DNA of 64,000 nt from Octopus sinensis. Lineage: Eukaryota. Within the stretch, counting starts at the first letter, position 1. Every line of letters starts with the position of its first letter. A model generated the notes under the pieces. It saw nothing but the letters and a program-made list of their open reading frames with translations, had not been told where the DNA came from and did not search any database. This document shows positions 27,271-43,479 of the stretch, piece after piece. The DNA is taken from the NCBI RefSeq assembly GCF_006345805.1, contig NC_043007.1:33914001-33978000 (forward strand), written 5' to 3'. A program made the translations under genes and the position numbers.

Positions 27271-27539
27271 CATATATATATGTATGTGTATATCTGTGTG
27301 TTTATGTGTCTTTGTGTTTGTGGCACCATCACTACCACTACACGTGACAACCTTTGACTCCTTAATGAATGGCATAGTTGAGTAAACGAAATTTGCAATT
27401 TCCCCAGGCAGCAACACAGTAAGAGAATTTTGAGTATATTAAAGAATGATAAAGAGTAATTCTAACATTTTCGGGATGAAGGTAAGAAATTCTATTTAAC
27501 ATACGAAGAGTACAAAAATTTTATTTCAATACAATGCTT

Positions 27540-28000
27540 ACGTGTGTTTTGAAACCGAGGCACTTATCACTATGAACAACGAGAACTTTTGTTGGTGCTT
27601 CATGTGAAATTGCTTTACCAGCGATGAGGACATTAGGAAGAAACTGCTTGGGCTTTGTGGAGAAAAGCATGTTGCAGGGATTTTTTGAATTTTATTGATG
27701 ATAAGCCGATTAGAAATAAGCCATTGATAAACTTTATCCAGTTCTGAATTAACTGTATTGAAGAGGGAGGGAAAGTCCTGGTGACTAATAAAAATAGTAG
27801 TCATCAGAAAAATGTAGAAATTTTAATAAATTAGTAGAATTGCATATATCATTTATTTAGGTAAGAACAGTAACGGGCCCAGTATTGACCCCCTAAGGGA
27901 CGTCTAGATTTGTAGTGGGTAATGGAGATTTTTATGCTTCAACTGTAACATACTGTTTACGCTGTCAGAGGTATGTTCCAAACCAATTGTTAGGAATATG
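27540..28000 (-). mobile_element. Decayed CR1/L2-group LINE reverse transcriptase fragment
   Basis: Minus strand reads VP.GSILGPLLFL...INDICNS...FSDD.TTIFISH...VNSELDKVYQWLISNRLIIN across frameshifts. Confidence 0.75.
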
Positions 28001-28559
28001 AATGGAATTATAATTGATGACTAAGAAATGAGCCAAGGGCTTGGGAATGTTTTATTCAGGAGCAGGAATCAATTATAAGATTATAAGAATCTGTGAAGTC
28101 ACATCTTTTGAGAAAATAATGAATATTTCATCTTACAAATTAACATGAAATTGCTGTTTTGTGCTAAAGGCTTAAACCGTGTTATTGTGTTTATTATTTT
28201 TTGAAATGATTTAAAACATTTTAAAACTTCTTCAACTCTTTGCGGAAGAAAGCGGCATTTGCATTTCCCTTCATTCATAAAAAAAAGTGAAGTGACGTGT
28301 GGTGGTGGTGGAATGTATACATAATATTTCGGTGGAGGTACATTGGTTGGGGTACCCGGAACAACTGTGTTGACGGATTCCATATTTCTATGGAACATGC
28401 AACATTATTTCATAAAAATGAAATAATAATGATGAAATAATAATGAAATAAAAATAGAGACGAAAATAAAACGAATGTTAACTTATCTTTTCTTTCCTCG
28501 GCGAAAATTACACAAAACTACATCTTCCAAATAAGATGAAATCCGCGTTTGATAATACC

Positions 28560-29040
28560 TATGTATAGGAGGTAACCTGAAACTCCTATACTGCCTTTCT
28601 TCAGTGGCAACTTTCATGGAATCCAACAACATTAGAGATTTGGGAGTAATTGAGAACAACAGCATAAGCTGGGCCACTCGTATAAACAGCAGAGTTGACA
28701 TGGCTCGCAGAATATGATCCTGGATTCTCAGAACTTTCCAGCCGAGAGATATCCACATCATTATCCTGCACTTCACTTTTGTCCGACCCCACATTGAATA
28801 CTGTTGTCCACTGTGGTCTTCCCACGCGAAACAAAGTATCATAAGAGATGAAGCAACTCAAAGGTCAATTGCAAAAAAGATAGATGGTATGACAATCCTT
28901 GACTATTGGGGTCGACTAGAAAAGCTCAAGCTTTATTCTCTCCAACGCTGTTGTGAGTACTACAGCATCTGCATGATGTGGAAAATATTCCATCAGCACT
29001 GCCCAAATGATTTTGGTATCATCTTTAAGATACACCCAAG
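28560..29040 (+). mobile_element. CR1-clade LINE ORF2 C-terminal fragment
   Basis: IRDLGVI...WILRTF...FVRPHIEYCCPLWS...TQRSIAKKIDGM..LDYWGRLEKLKLYSLQR. Confidence 0.85.
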
Positions 29041-29753
29041 ATATATATAAAATATATCATAGATAACGGTACAAATAAGAGTTCTTGCTAATTGGATGAA
29101 TAAATAATTCGTTACATAAAAAAAACTGTAGAATATTCACCAAATCTTGCATTGATCTACGAAAACGCACATTTGTTATCGAAAGATGCAGAACACAATT
29201 ACAGATGTTGATTTGAAATTTTATGGAACAGAAATATATTCTATTTGAGGTTTCATGTACGACCACAGAATATCTAAATAAATGTTATGAGGAGATCTTA
29301 ATTAGGAAACTATACATTATTCATAAATATAAAGAAAAAATACATGAATGTACTCTTAAATGTATATCGTTTTTTGCGGTCGAAATTATTAAGTTTTACG
29401 CTTAAGGCAATATACACATATAGATACATACATCAATATACGTATATACACACACATGGATATATACATACATACATACATACATACATACATACATACA
29501 TACATACATACATACATACATGCATTATTATGGCTGGCCCCTCGTTATTGAGTATGGCTATTGCCCGAAGCTTAACTGTTACTGGTGCTGTGATCGAATG
29601 TGACTTTTTAGCTCACCCAAATATCTACAATGCCTTGTACAAAATTAGCAACTAAAACATTTACTGGTACTAGCCGGCTGTAGTTGTAACTGCAATTGTA
29701 GTTGTAACATACATGCATACATACATACATACATACATACATACATACATACA

Positions 29754-29789
<36 letters not shown>

Positions 29790-29797
29790 TATATATT

Positions 29798-29827
<30 letters not shown>

Positions 29828-29828
<1 letters not shown>

Positions 29829-30031
29829 ATAAAGATAATTTAAATATAGAGATATTCTATTGACAATCCAATAATTTATTTATATTACAATATTAAATTA
29901 GATACTATGCATATAATATATATCATCACATAATATTACATATCATACTCGTAATATCTAATGTAATATTGTAATAGAAATAAATTATTGGATTGCCAAT
30001 AGAATACCTCTATATTTAATTTATCTTTATA
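29828..30031. repeat. Imperfect inverted repeat (~77-bp arms) in (TA)n
   Basis: 29828-29904 pairs with 29955-30031 with a few mismatches. Confidence 0.85.
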
Positions 30032-30167
30032 ACTGAATCAAACCAATATATATATGTTATCCAACTGAAGTACCAGTGAATTAGGTGTTTAAAACACCCC
30101 TTTGAAGGATTTCTTTCCCTTAGTTTGTTACTATATATATATATATATATATAATATATATATATAT

Positions 30168-30454
30168 ATATACTGTTGTGTCTGGGGAGAGTCATTCTCT
30201 TTTAGTGCCTTATTATTTAACACACGCACCGGTAAAATTTCCACTTATTTCTTATTTATATTTTCTAAAATTTTCTTTGCGTCTTGCAACCTTTTCAATA
30301 GTCTTGACTCTTGAAAAGACTATTGAAAAGGTTGCAAGACGCAACGAAAATGTTTAGAAAATAAAAATAAGAAATAAGTGGAAATTTTACCGGTGCGTGT
30401 GTTAAATAATGAGGCACTAAAAGAGAATGACTCTCTCCAGACACAACAGTATAT
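30168..30454. repeat. Long fold-back hairpin (~138-bp arms, ~10-nt loop)
   Basis: 30168-30305 is a near-perfect reverse complement of 30316-30454. Confidence 0.95.
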
Positions 30455-30527
30455 GCTTCAACACACGAACTCATATAAAGAATCTTGCAAACCAAATCCC
30501 AAAACCATACATACATACATACATACA

Positions 30528-30561
<34 letters not shown>

Positions 30562-30993
30562 CATACCTACATACATGCATACATATAGGTTTGGTCGAAA
30601 GTCACTTGACACTAAATCAAAACCATTTAATTCCAAGATTTACTTGTGTTTAACAACTGAATGAATTTAATAATAGCATCTAGATATGAAACATATTGAA
30701 AATAGTTCTAAATGAAGTTCTTCTTGAGCGACACATTTTTCCATTGCGAGTGAATACAGAACTACAGATAGTATTCATGAAAGTTTGATTTACTATCGGG
30801 TGACTTTTGGCCAACTTTCTCCCTATATAGAGTACCTAGTAGAACTGTTACAAAAAGTTTGCCTCCTTGGCACGGCCAGAATAATCAGGAAAGTATTAGA
30901 TAGCTGAAAAGAACGAATACTACCGTAGGCTGCAAGTAGTAAGCCCGCTACGCATGTGTATGTGTGCTCCAACAAAACCTGTGATAAAGAGAA

Positions 30994-31039
<46 letters not shown>

Positions 31040-31113
31040 TAATAATAACAATAATAATAGCATAATAATAATAATGATAATAATAATATAATAATAATAA
31101 CAATAATAATAGC

Positions 31114-31171
<58 letters not shown>

Positions 31172-31181
31172 TAATAATAGC

Positions 31182-31243
<62 letters not shown>
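30994..31243. repeat. (AAT)n microsatellite
   Basis: Direct observation. Confidence 0.95.
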
Positions 31244-31244
<1 letters not shown>

Positions 31245-31371
31245 CCTTTCTTATAAAGGCACAAGGCCTGAAAATTTGGTAGAGAGGAAAGACGATTACG
31301 TAGAACCCCCATGTTTACTGATACTCAAATTCATCGAATCCGAAAGGTTGAACGGCAAAGTCGACCTCGGT

Positions 31372-31560
31372 GGAATTGGTACAATTGGCACAACAACCAA
31401 AAGGCTAAAAGCGAATGGAATCGAAACGCGCATTGTAGACCTGCATAAAAGTACCATAGCATATAATGCAAGAATGCTAAGTAAGGTTCTTGAGGTTTGA
31501 GGAGACTTGTTGTGAACCAGCTTCAAGATAAAAATCCCTGCTAATGAAATTAGCATGGGC
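31372..31560 (+). mobile_element. R4/Dong-like LINE 3' end fragment
   Basis: GIGTIGTTTKRLK..GIETRIVDLHKSTIAYNARMLSKVLEV* then GGAGACTTGTTGT; resembles the C-terminus of restriction-like-endonuclease LINEs. Confidence 0.6.
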
Positions 31561-31600
31561 TACATTAATAAGAACACTAACAACAACATTATAATGATAA

Positions 31601-32047
31601 TAGGCGCAGGAGTGGCTTTGTGGTAAGTATAGGCGCAGGAGTGGCTGTGTGGTAAGTAGCTTGCTAACCAACTACATGGTTCCGAGTTCAGTCCCACTGC
31701 GTGGCATCTTGGGCAAGTGTCTTCTGCTATAGCCCCGGGCCGACCAATGCTTTGTGAGTGGATTTGGTAGACGGAAACTGAAAGAAGCCTGTCGTATATA
31801 TGTATGTATATATATATATATGTGTGTGTGTGTTTGTGTGTCTGTGTTTCTCCCCCTAGCATTGCTTCACAACCGATGCTGGTGTGTTTCCGTCCCCGTC
31901 ACTTAGCGGTTCGGCAATAGAGACCGATAGAATAAGTACTGGGCTTACAAAGAACAAGTCCTGGGGTCGATTTGCTCGACTAAAAAAAGGCGGTGCTCCA
32001 GCATGGCCGCAGTCAAATGACTGAAACAAGTAAAAGAGTAAAGAGTA
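31601..32047 (+). mobile_element. SINE family A with duplicated first 29 bp
   Basis: TAGGCGCAGGAGTGGCT(T/G)TGTGGTAAGTA at 31601 and again at 31630. Confidence 0.92.
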
Positions 32048-33329
32048 TAATATTTTCTATTGTAGACACAAGGCCTGAAATTTTGGGAGGAGATAGTAAG
32101 TCGATTATATTGACCAGACTGCTTCCACTGGCACCAATTTGATCAACCTGAAAATGAATGAAATACAAAGTCGAACTCGGCAACTTTTGAACGGAGAATG
32201 TAAGAATGGACGAAAATGCCGCTAGACGTTGTTTTGTCTAGCATGGTAAAGTTTCTGCCAGTTCAGCGCCTTAACAAGGGTAATAACCACAGCAATATCT
32301 GCAACAACAACAATAGTAATAATATGAAGAAAAGGAAGAAAAGAAGATGAACAAAAACAAGAACAAAGACCGGAATGATGATGATGATGATCATGATCAT
32401 GATTATAAAGAGAAGAAAGAACGAACGAAAGAAAGACAGAAAGAGGTGGTAAAAAAGTATGAAATGTCCAGGAACCCTTCTTAACGCTGTGTTAGTTAAA
32501 ATGTGTGGAAACAGATAATTCTTGTGATTAAGTTGATTATTTCGTTCATTCAAATAGGGTGAAAGGAAAAAGAATGAAGAAAGCAGGAAAGCAAAATTCA
32601 GTGAAAGAGAATTATTAGAGTTATATGCTGATGTACATTCGGTTCTTAACCCTATTGCCTTTGTCACACACGTACATATACACATAGTGTATCACACCTT
32701 TACAGATATATACTTGTGCACACACATACACATAACACTACTCGATGTTTCTTTACTGACACCTTGCTTTTTTTTCGTCCTCTAAGATCTGCAGGAACGG
32801 TTCAAAGAAATACAACCGAATTATACATCAAAAATAGCCAAACCTGATAAAAGACAGTGACAGCTTCAAACACAATACACCCACAACACATTGCAACAAA
32901 TATACAACATGTTCAATAAAGTAAACAAATAAATAATAAAAATGAAATAAAGGAACAAGGGAAAGAAAAAAAATGTCAAACTTGTGTTGCACATAAACCA
33001 GAAAACAAACAATCAGATACGGTGCATTGTAATTTGGTTAACTGAAGCCTGTCAAATCAAAAACCGCCATACACTGATAAAAAATGCAGAGTATGGAAAA
33101 AGTAATCTCGAATCGCCTAAACAGTGTAATAGTTTTTTACAATCTATTTTTCATCGGTTAGCTCGTGATCTTGTCTAATGTTTCTTCAACGACAACAAGA
33201 TAGCATTAAATATAGACAGTAACATAAAACCAAGGTGCAGAAACACCTACACACAATATATATATATATATATATATACTCTAACTATACATCGTTGTGA
33301 GACCTGTTCGGTTTTAGAGTTATCAAAAA

Positions 33330-33767
33330 CTAGCAGCATAGCCCGGCGTTGCCCAGGTATGTAAGAGCCCCTAGTGGGCACCGACTAATTCCAATCTAGT
33401 CCTTTCCCTCTAGGGAACGAAGGCGCATGTGTAAGTTGCAATGTCTTCTCTTCACTCGAATACGTCTGTGTATACGATGTTCCTAGCTGTCCCTTTGGGC
33501 GATAAAAAGGTCGAGTTGTGTCCCCTAGACAGAAAATGTGTTGCATATAAAAAGCTTAGATTCTCGACCCCATGTCGAATTTATCGATTTTTTTCAGAAC
33601 TGGGGAACTTTCCAAATTTTCGCTGTGTTAGTTTTGAATTATGACATTGGGCTATGTGTGTGTCAAGTTTCATCAGAATCGGTTGAAAGCCGTGATCAGG
33701 GTGAGGGTACAACCTGACAGACACACAGACACACAGACAGACAAACTGCTGTTTATATAGAGAGAGA
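33330..33767 (-). mobile_element. Non-autonomous Helitron (family E)
   Basis: CTAGCAGCATAGCCCGGCGTTGCCCAGG end and TTTATATAGAGAGA|T start (minus strand A|TC...CTAG|T); 5' half matches 54381-54640. Confidence 0.85.
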
Positions 33768-35146
33768 TGAACCGGTATTTTTACTGGTAAACTGTAATTT
33801 TGGATATCCTCATTGGTGAACACGATGCATTTTTTCCTCAGGCATGCAAAATTTCTGAGGTTTTATAAAAACTAAAGAATTTCCTATGGTATATCACGGT
33901 TAAATTTTCTGAATTTCAAAATTATCAGATATTTTAAAACAAATTGTATCCAATTTTGTGGCTGGTATTTTAAGGGCATATATATGATGGTGATACCTGA
34001 ATTTGAATTAGATCACTGTTAAACCTATTTAAACTTAGATATTTGAATTATTATTATTTTTATCATGTTTGATCGATGCACCATGGATCTCGCAAACAAT
34101 TTCAATGTACATGTTAATGTATTAATGATCGTAGGAATTCAAGTGAGCTTTGTTTATCTAATATCTTCAGTTATAAAACAGAACTATCCGTTTTGTTGGC
34201 ATAAGCCTCTGGTCGCGATTTTTTTTCCCCACGAGAGTTTCGCACTCCAGTTATGAACTCTTTTGGATACAGCCAATCAGAGCTTAACTATCAAACTAGT
34301 GTCCATCTTGTCACGAATATACTGTGGTTGAGTTGAGTGGAAAATGTAATTTATAGCAAAATCTAACTGTTCTAAACGGTTTAATAGGGATGACAAATGT
34401 GAAATTTAATGCTTAAAATTAATGGAGAGCTGCTCACCGATGATGCCATAAGTTTTGCCAATTTGCGTATTCTACTAGAAAATGTAAATGACTGTTGTTT
34501 CTTAATTTTTTGACTGATTTTGTACATTCCTAATTTAAAATGTTGGTGTTGATCTGGAAACATCGTAATCAATATGGCTTTGTGTCGTATTGTGCTTTCC
34601 TCATATATATATATATATATGAATACTATGTGTACTCATTGATATATATATATATATCAATGGGTACACACGGTATCACTAATCTCAGTCTGAGCATAGG
34701 TACCTAATGTTACCTCCATATATGAGGTTGATGGGGGTATGTGGTGCTTATGTGAGACCAGCTATGCTGTACTCACAGGGTGGCATGCACCATTCTATGC
34801 CCGACTAGCTGTATTTTAGTAGTACAGGGTATGTGGATTTTCAAGGTGAACTCTGATGGCTGTATGCAAATGAGTTCATTACTTGGGTCCAGAATTCTCG
34901 TGGGAAGCATTTCGCCCCTGGTACATTTGAAGAAATTTGAAACCGAAAACTTTGCATAATACTTTTTTTTTAAACAAAAGAAAAGCGCAATATCATTTTC
35001 CTTTCTTTTACATCGTGGGCCTAATATAAATTAGCGTTAACGAATTCGATTAGTGTGCCTAGGTTTCGCTTAAAAACATTAACCAGTTATTTGGTTTCAT
35101 GGATGTTTTTCTCTTCAAATCTCAACTGTCTTCAGTTTATATATCA

Positions 35147-35542
35147 CTAGCAGTATCGCCCGGCTTTGCTCGGGTTTGTAAGGGAAATAACTATATATGC
35201 ATTTTTAGAGATGTAAAGTATAATAGCCATCTCAATATGGCTAACCACAAAGGGGAGTGTTACTGTAGCTTTTTACGTTCTGAGATTTAATAATAAATTT
35301 TTAGAGCGTTACTTCCCTTGTATATGCCAAAAATGCATTAAAAATGGGATAAATTGATGGTAATTTTTTTTTTAAAATCGTAGACTCATCGTAGACGCGC
35401 GCTAATACCCAGAAGGGCTCGATGTGAATCACGACTATAAGATACCCGGTTTTGGTTAAACTGCACCGCAAAATGTGGGGGTAGTTAGGAATCTAAATCG
35501 TAGGAGACAGACAGCACACAACCTCTCTTTTATATATAAAGA
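35147..35542 (-). mobile_element. Non-autonomous Helitron (family D)
   Basis: CTAGCAGTATCGCCCGGCTTTGCTCGGG...TTTTATATATAAAGA|T. Confidence 0.88.
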
Positions 35543-35933
35543 TTTCATCATTACGACATACAAATATTCTTATATCAGCCTTTGTTTTTAAAGAAATGCC
35601 TTCTTAATGTTTACCAATTAAAGAAACATAAACAAGTTACCTACCTTGTTTAGTATGCCCAAGGCCACGAGTAGGCAAAATTGGTAGAGCATCAAAACGA
35701 AAACAAAAATTTTTTGTGGTGCTATTTGTGTCGACTCTTTAAAAACTGACTTCTAATCCTATCGTGGTTAACTCGGCCTTTTTTCCTTTTAGCGTCGATA
35801 AAATAGAGTAATAGTCAAGTACCGACCTCGGTACTTGACTATTATTTAGGTTTTGTGACTAAATTAAACAACAATATATAGTCATTCTTACCGTTATTGT
35901 ATGAATGGGATATAGATATATTCCAAATATTTA

Positions 35934-36322
35934 TTGGGTTGGTGCATAATTATTGCGGCTTTTTTTCAACAAATGTCATTCAACAAAAACAATAACAGAC
36001 CGTTTGCCAAGCAAATAGGAAGCAGTAATTGAAGTAGATGGTGAATATGCTCCTGAATAATCATTAACCGGCCGCCAACACTTTTTTCTGCAAAATAGGG
36101 GTAGCTTACCCTCTTCTGGCTATATTATTAGCATTATCCTGCATTTGAGAATTTAAAATCACTTCTTTAACATTCTAAGACATAACAACGCTTCTAAAGC
36201 AAACTTCGTTTGTTTGTTTACGTTCTTCGTAATTTGAATTTAAAGATGTTTTTGTTACATGTTACTGATTTTGTTGAATATAATTTGCTAAAGAAAGCCG
36301 CAATAATTATGCACCAACCCAA
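35934..36322 (+). mobile_element. mariner-derived MITE / deletion derivative
   Basis: TIRs TTGGGTTGGTGCATAATTATTGCGGCTTT / AAAGCCGCAATAATTATGCACCAACCCAA with TA flanks; internal RLPSK*EAVIEVDGEY mariner C-terminal remnant at 36001-36060. Confidence 0.9.
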
Positions 36323-37102
36323 TACATAAAAGGATTTTTTTAACGTATTTCCTTACATAGGAGACATCCGTTCTTTTCCAGACTTAGTATCCAACCGATT
36401 CTTCTCCATCATTCTACTTTTCTTTTATGATTATTTCTATTTCTGTTTTCTTCTAAGTCAACCATTATTTATCTCCCAGCATTGCAACGCACTCATAAAA
36501 CATTTCTCAGTTCTCCGACACAGTCTACAATTATTTGCATTTGAAGATGATTGCTTAGAAGAATGAACTACAATGGATTTTTGTCTAACATTCTAGGCAA
36601 CGTAGAACACGCAAGTCTGGCTGTAAAACGGGCGTTTGCTAAAGAGGCGCCAAAAGCGTAGTTTCTCGGTCTCTAACACACGTTCATTCCCTACTCGCAA
36701 ATCTTAAACACGCAAAAAACAAATATATATATTCAGTAAATATATGTATGGATTCATATATATGTGCGTGTGCGGATTTGTATGTGTATGTACGTGTACG
36801 TATGCAAATATATATATATATATATATATACATGCATATATATGTAATGTTAATGTGCTGTACATATATGCATACATACGCATTATATTGTGTGTATGTT
36901 GATAGGTATACACTTGTGGTTTGCGTCTGAGAGAAAACCTCATTATACACATGTTCTGCTAAAAGCATGATATATAACGCAACGTCTTGATCATCCTCGC
37001 TGCAGCGACACACGGGAACGCCAATCGTGTTTCGTTATTCTTGGGGATTGTCAATAACGTGCCTCGGCAAAATCTGGCACCCTCCGATATTTAACAAACA
37101 TA

Positions 37103-37275
37103 TAGGCGCAGGAGTGGCTGTGTGGTAAGTAGCTTGCTAACCAACCACATGGTTCCGGGTTCAGTCCCACTGCGTGGCATCTTGGGCAAGTGTCTTCTGC
37201 TATAGCCTCGGGTTGACCAATGCCTTGTGAGTGGATTTGGTAGACAGAAACTGAAAGAAGCCTGTCGTATATATG

Positions 37276-37306
<31 letters not shown>

Positions 37307-37520
37307 ATGTGTTTGTGAGTTTGTCCCCCTAGCATTGCTTGACAACCGATGCTGGTGTGTTTACGTCCCCGTCACTTAGCGGTTCGGCAAAAAGAGACCG
37401 ATAGAATAAGTACTGGGCTTACAAAGAATAAGTCTCGGGGTCGATTTGGTCGACTAAAGGCGGTGCTCCAGCATGGCCGCAGTCAAATGACTGAAACAAG
37501 TAAAAAAAAAAAAAAAAAAG
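37103..37520 (+). mobile_element. SINE family A, full length
   Basis: Canonical head, internal microsatellite and A-rich tail. Confidence 0.92.
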
Positions 37521-37792
37521 AATATACAAATACATATGTACGCACGCGCGTATATATATGTGTGTGTAGGACTCAATCAGAACGATGTATGAGTGTGTAG
37601 CTGTTCTCGTCCTAGATTTTTAAACAAGGCCATTATAATTGACATTTGCGCAATAGCATAACGCCACATGCAGCGGGATCGATCTTGGGACATCAGGATC
37701 TTAAAGCTTTAGTCATGAACATTTGGCAGTCCTACAGACGCACACGTACGCACATGCGAACTCACATATGTATGTATGTATGTATTATGTAT

Positions 37793-38220
37793 ACTCTTAC
37801 TCTTTTACTCTTTTACTTGTTTTAGTCATTTGACTGCGGCCATACTGGAGCACCGCCTTTTTTTAGTAGAGCAAATCGACCCCGGGACTTATTCTTTGTA
37901 AGCCCAGTACTTATTCTATCGGTATCTTTTGCCGAACCGCTAAGTGACGGGGACGTAAACACACCAGCATCGGTTGTCAAGCAATGCTAGGGGGACAAAC
38001 ACCGGCAAACACCGGCAAACACACACACACATAAATATATATACATACATATATACGACAGGCTTCTTTCAGTTTCCGTCTATCAAATCCACTCACAAGG
38101 CATTGGTCGGCCCGGGGCTATAGCAGAAGGCACTTGGCCAAGATGCCACGCAGTGGGACTGAACCCGGAACCATGTGGTTGGTTAGCAAGCTACTTACCA
38201 CACAGCCACTCCTACGCCTA
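37793..38220 (-). mobile_element. SINE family A, full length with TSD
   Basis: Reverse complement of family A; TSD TGTATGTATTATGTAT at 37777-37792 and 38221-38236. Confidence 0.92.
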
Positions 38221-38792
38221 TGTATGTATTATGTATGTATGCATAAGTATGTGTATCCTTACATTAACTCATTAACGTACGCAATAATCAATGAAATTCG
38301 TTTGATCCAAAGAGGTTCTGTTGCTTTACTAGTGTCTGACATGAATTCTCAGAAAAATTTAAGCAAATCTAAGCAAAATATCACAGAAGATCAACAAAAT
38401 TTTCTATGATTTCAAAGGGAAAATATAGTAAAAGATGATGAACAGAACAACACTGCGTTTGAGTTGTCTGTGCGCGCGCGCCTGCGCTTTTGTGTGTAAG
38501 TGTGTGTGTGACTGTGTGCATACGTGTGTGTGTGTGTTTGTGTATCTTTTTTCTTTAAATCTTTTCTGCTTAGCATTGTGAATGACCAGTATTGTAAGGG
38601 CGGATGCTTGTCGATCAAAATAGTTATTAATTCAACATAACACTAGCGATGCTATATTTGAACACATCATCAATTTTGCATCCTGAAGTTTTTGGCTGTT
38701 TCGTATCTTACAACATGTCCCATCAATCAGTAAACCCATTCTAGGTTGATTAATCCTAGCTCAGTGTCCTAGCAGCATTCAATTGATTAACC

Positions 38793-39025
38793 TATTTCTT
38801 TACTACCCACAAGGGGCTAAACACAGAGGAGACACACAAGGACAGACAGACGGATTAAGTCGATTATATCGACCCCAGTGTGTAACTGGTACCTAATTTA
38901 TCGACCCCGAAAGGATGAAAGGCAAAGTCGACCTCGGCGGAATTTGAACTCTGAACGTAGCAGCAGACGAAATACCGCTAAGAATTTCGTCCGGCCTGCT
39001 AGCGATTCTGCCAGCTCGCCGCCTT
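38793..39025 (-). mobile_element. SINE family B, full length with TSD
   Basis: TSD ATTGATTAACC at 38782-38792 and 39026-39036. Confidence 0.92.
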
Positions 39026-40609
39026 ATTGATTAACCAATGATCTCTCCATTTTTTCAGCCAGAGTTATCAAGATGCTTCCTAAACAACCTCTACATTGTT
39101 CTTAATGGCTCTTTTTCTGTTCATTCTTGCAAAGCCCATAGCCAGGGATATAAAAGCCTCCTTACTCATAGTAGAACATTCATTAGCAAATGCCCCGTTC
39201 TCCACTCAAATTTGCAGCAGTCTTTCACTGTTTTCTGGTAATTAGATTTCATCTCTTGCGCCTCCACTATCCTTTCCTACTAGGACACAATTAATCCTAT
39301 ATGAAGACAAAGACAAGGAAGTCCAGTTACAATTACATTATTAATCCTGTACATGATTGCGGTGACCTCATAAAAATATATAGCAGTCAAATTTTCTTCA
39401 TATATAGTACAGCCATTTTAAAGAAGCGACACTAGATCAAGTAACGATATATAAAATTGGTTTAAATAGGAACACGATTAAGAAAACTAAGACAGCTGCG
39501 ATCAATACTCTTTCTGATTAGGCATAATTTGGGGACAAACAACAGCAAGAATGGGAAGAAGGCATCGCAGGGGAGATGCATAACTTGCGCACATACAAGG
39601 ATAAAATAAAATTCAATTTAATAATCTCAGACGAATTCAACAAAATGAAATCAAGAGATCATTTGCCTGCTTATCGTTTTTGCATATGTAACAAAGAAAT
39701 AACACACTTTCAGTCATCCGTCCGCCAAAATGTAATGTGTTCCAGCGACTCACCCGACGAGTATTTCTGCCAAATTTGGTGAAAATCTGTTTAGGCGTTT
39801 TCCAGTAATTTTGCAAACACACAGATAAACAGATTAAGACAGGCGACTACAATATTCTGCTTTCGCTTACGCCAAGCTAAATAAAACACAAGAACACACA
39901 CAAGTACGTATGTCTGTATATAGTTAACTTATCACAAGTTCTAGCACTTGCTCTGGCGTGGTAGTTTGTGTTCCTTAATGAACCTCAGACCAATGCCAGC
40001 GGAGCGCAAGCTTCTTGTAGGCCCTCTTATTATGAACAAGTCAAAGGATAGCAGCCAGATTGATATGGACTATTTACTTTCAGTTGTAAAAAAGGGTTTG
40101 AATAGCGACAAGGACCTGCCCGAAAAATGCATCGATGACTATTCGAAACCAAGACCTTGTAGAGCATGCAGAAAGGACCACCCAGAGTCGAGTCGACAGC
40201 AATAGAAAATTATTCGTCAATTATCTATGGTCCATAAAGAGAGAAGTCTTCAGTATATTTATTTAAACACATAAAGACCTTGACCTTCAGAGGCATTACA
40301 GCTATTACAGCAATGGAAGTCGTGCTTACATACATGAAGTTTTGTGCAAATGCAAGAATAACCATCAGAATGTAGACATATAATGAGAGGTTGTAATATT
40401 GGTTATGAATTTTTATGTTCATTTAGAGATATTTAACTAAATAGTCAATACTTAGTTTAAGATGTTTCAATTTACTATAAAAATAAAATGGAATAAAAAC
40501 AGAAAAATGCTTCCATTGAACATTACAGAATGGGTTTTTACTCACTTGGGAATCATTGAAGATTGACAACACGAGGCTACGCATTAACTGAAACATAACT
40601 TCATCCCCA

Positions 40610-43100
<2,491 letters not shown>

Positions 43101-43479
43101 TGTTTAAGTATGTGTGCTGAGAGAAAGCGAAAGACTGTAAATAAGTAACAGAAATTCAGCAAAAAATTCGAAAACCTAGTATTATGTTCTTGCTTGTCGA
43201 CAAGCGAATTGTGATTTAACATTTCGGACAGATGTCCTACGTTGAAAAAACGACAATAGAGAAAAAATACAATCAAGAAAAACCACCAAGATCGTGTGTC
43301 TGTTTATGTGTGTGTGTGTGAGTTTATATATAACTACATATTGTTTCTTTTTATGTTATTATAATAACTATTGCGTATTAAATTGAAGGATTACTCAATA
43401 TATGTCGCAGAGTTCAAATTTATTATTCTTTAACAAGAATAGTTTGACAGTGACCACCCATTTCAGTATCACAATACAT

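Noticed and set aside
39720-39885. CAAATTTGGTGAAAATC-containing segment resembling Helentron/DINE-like elements
   Set aside because: No definable termini and no second copy in the window
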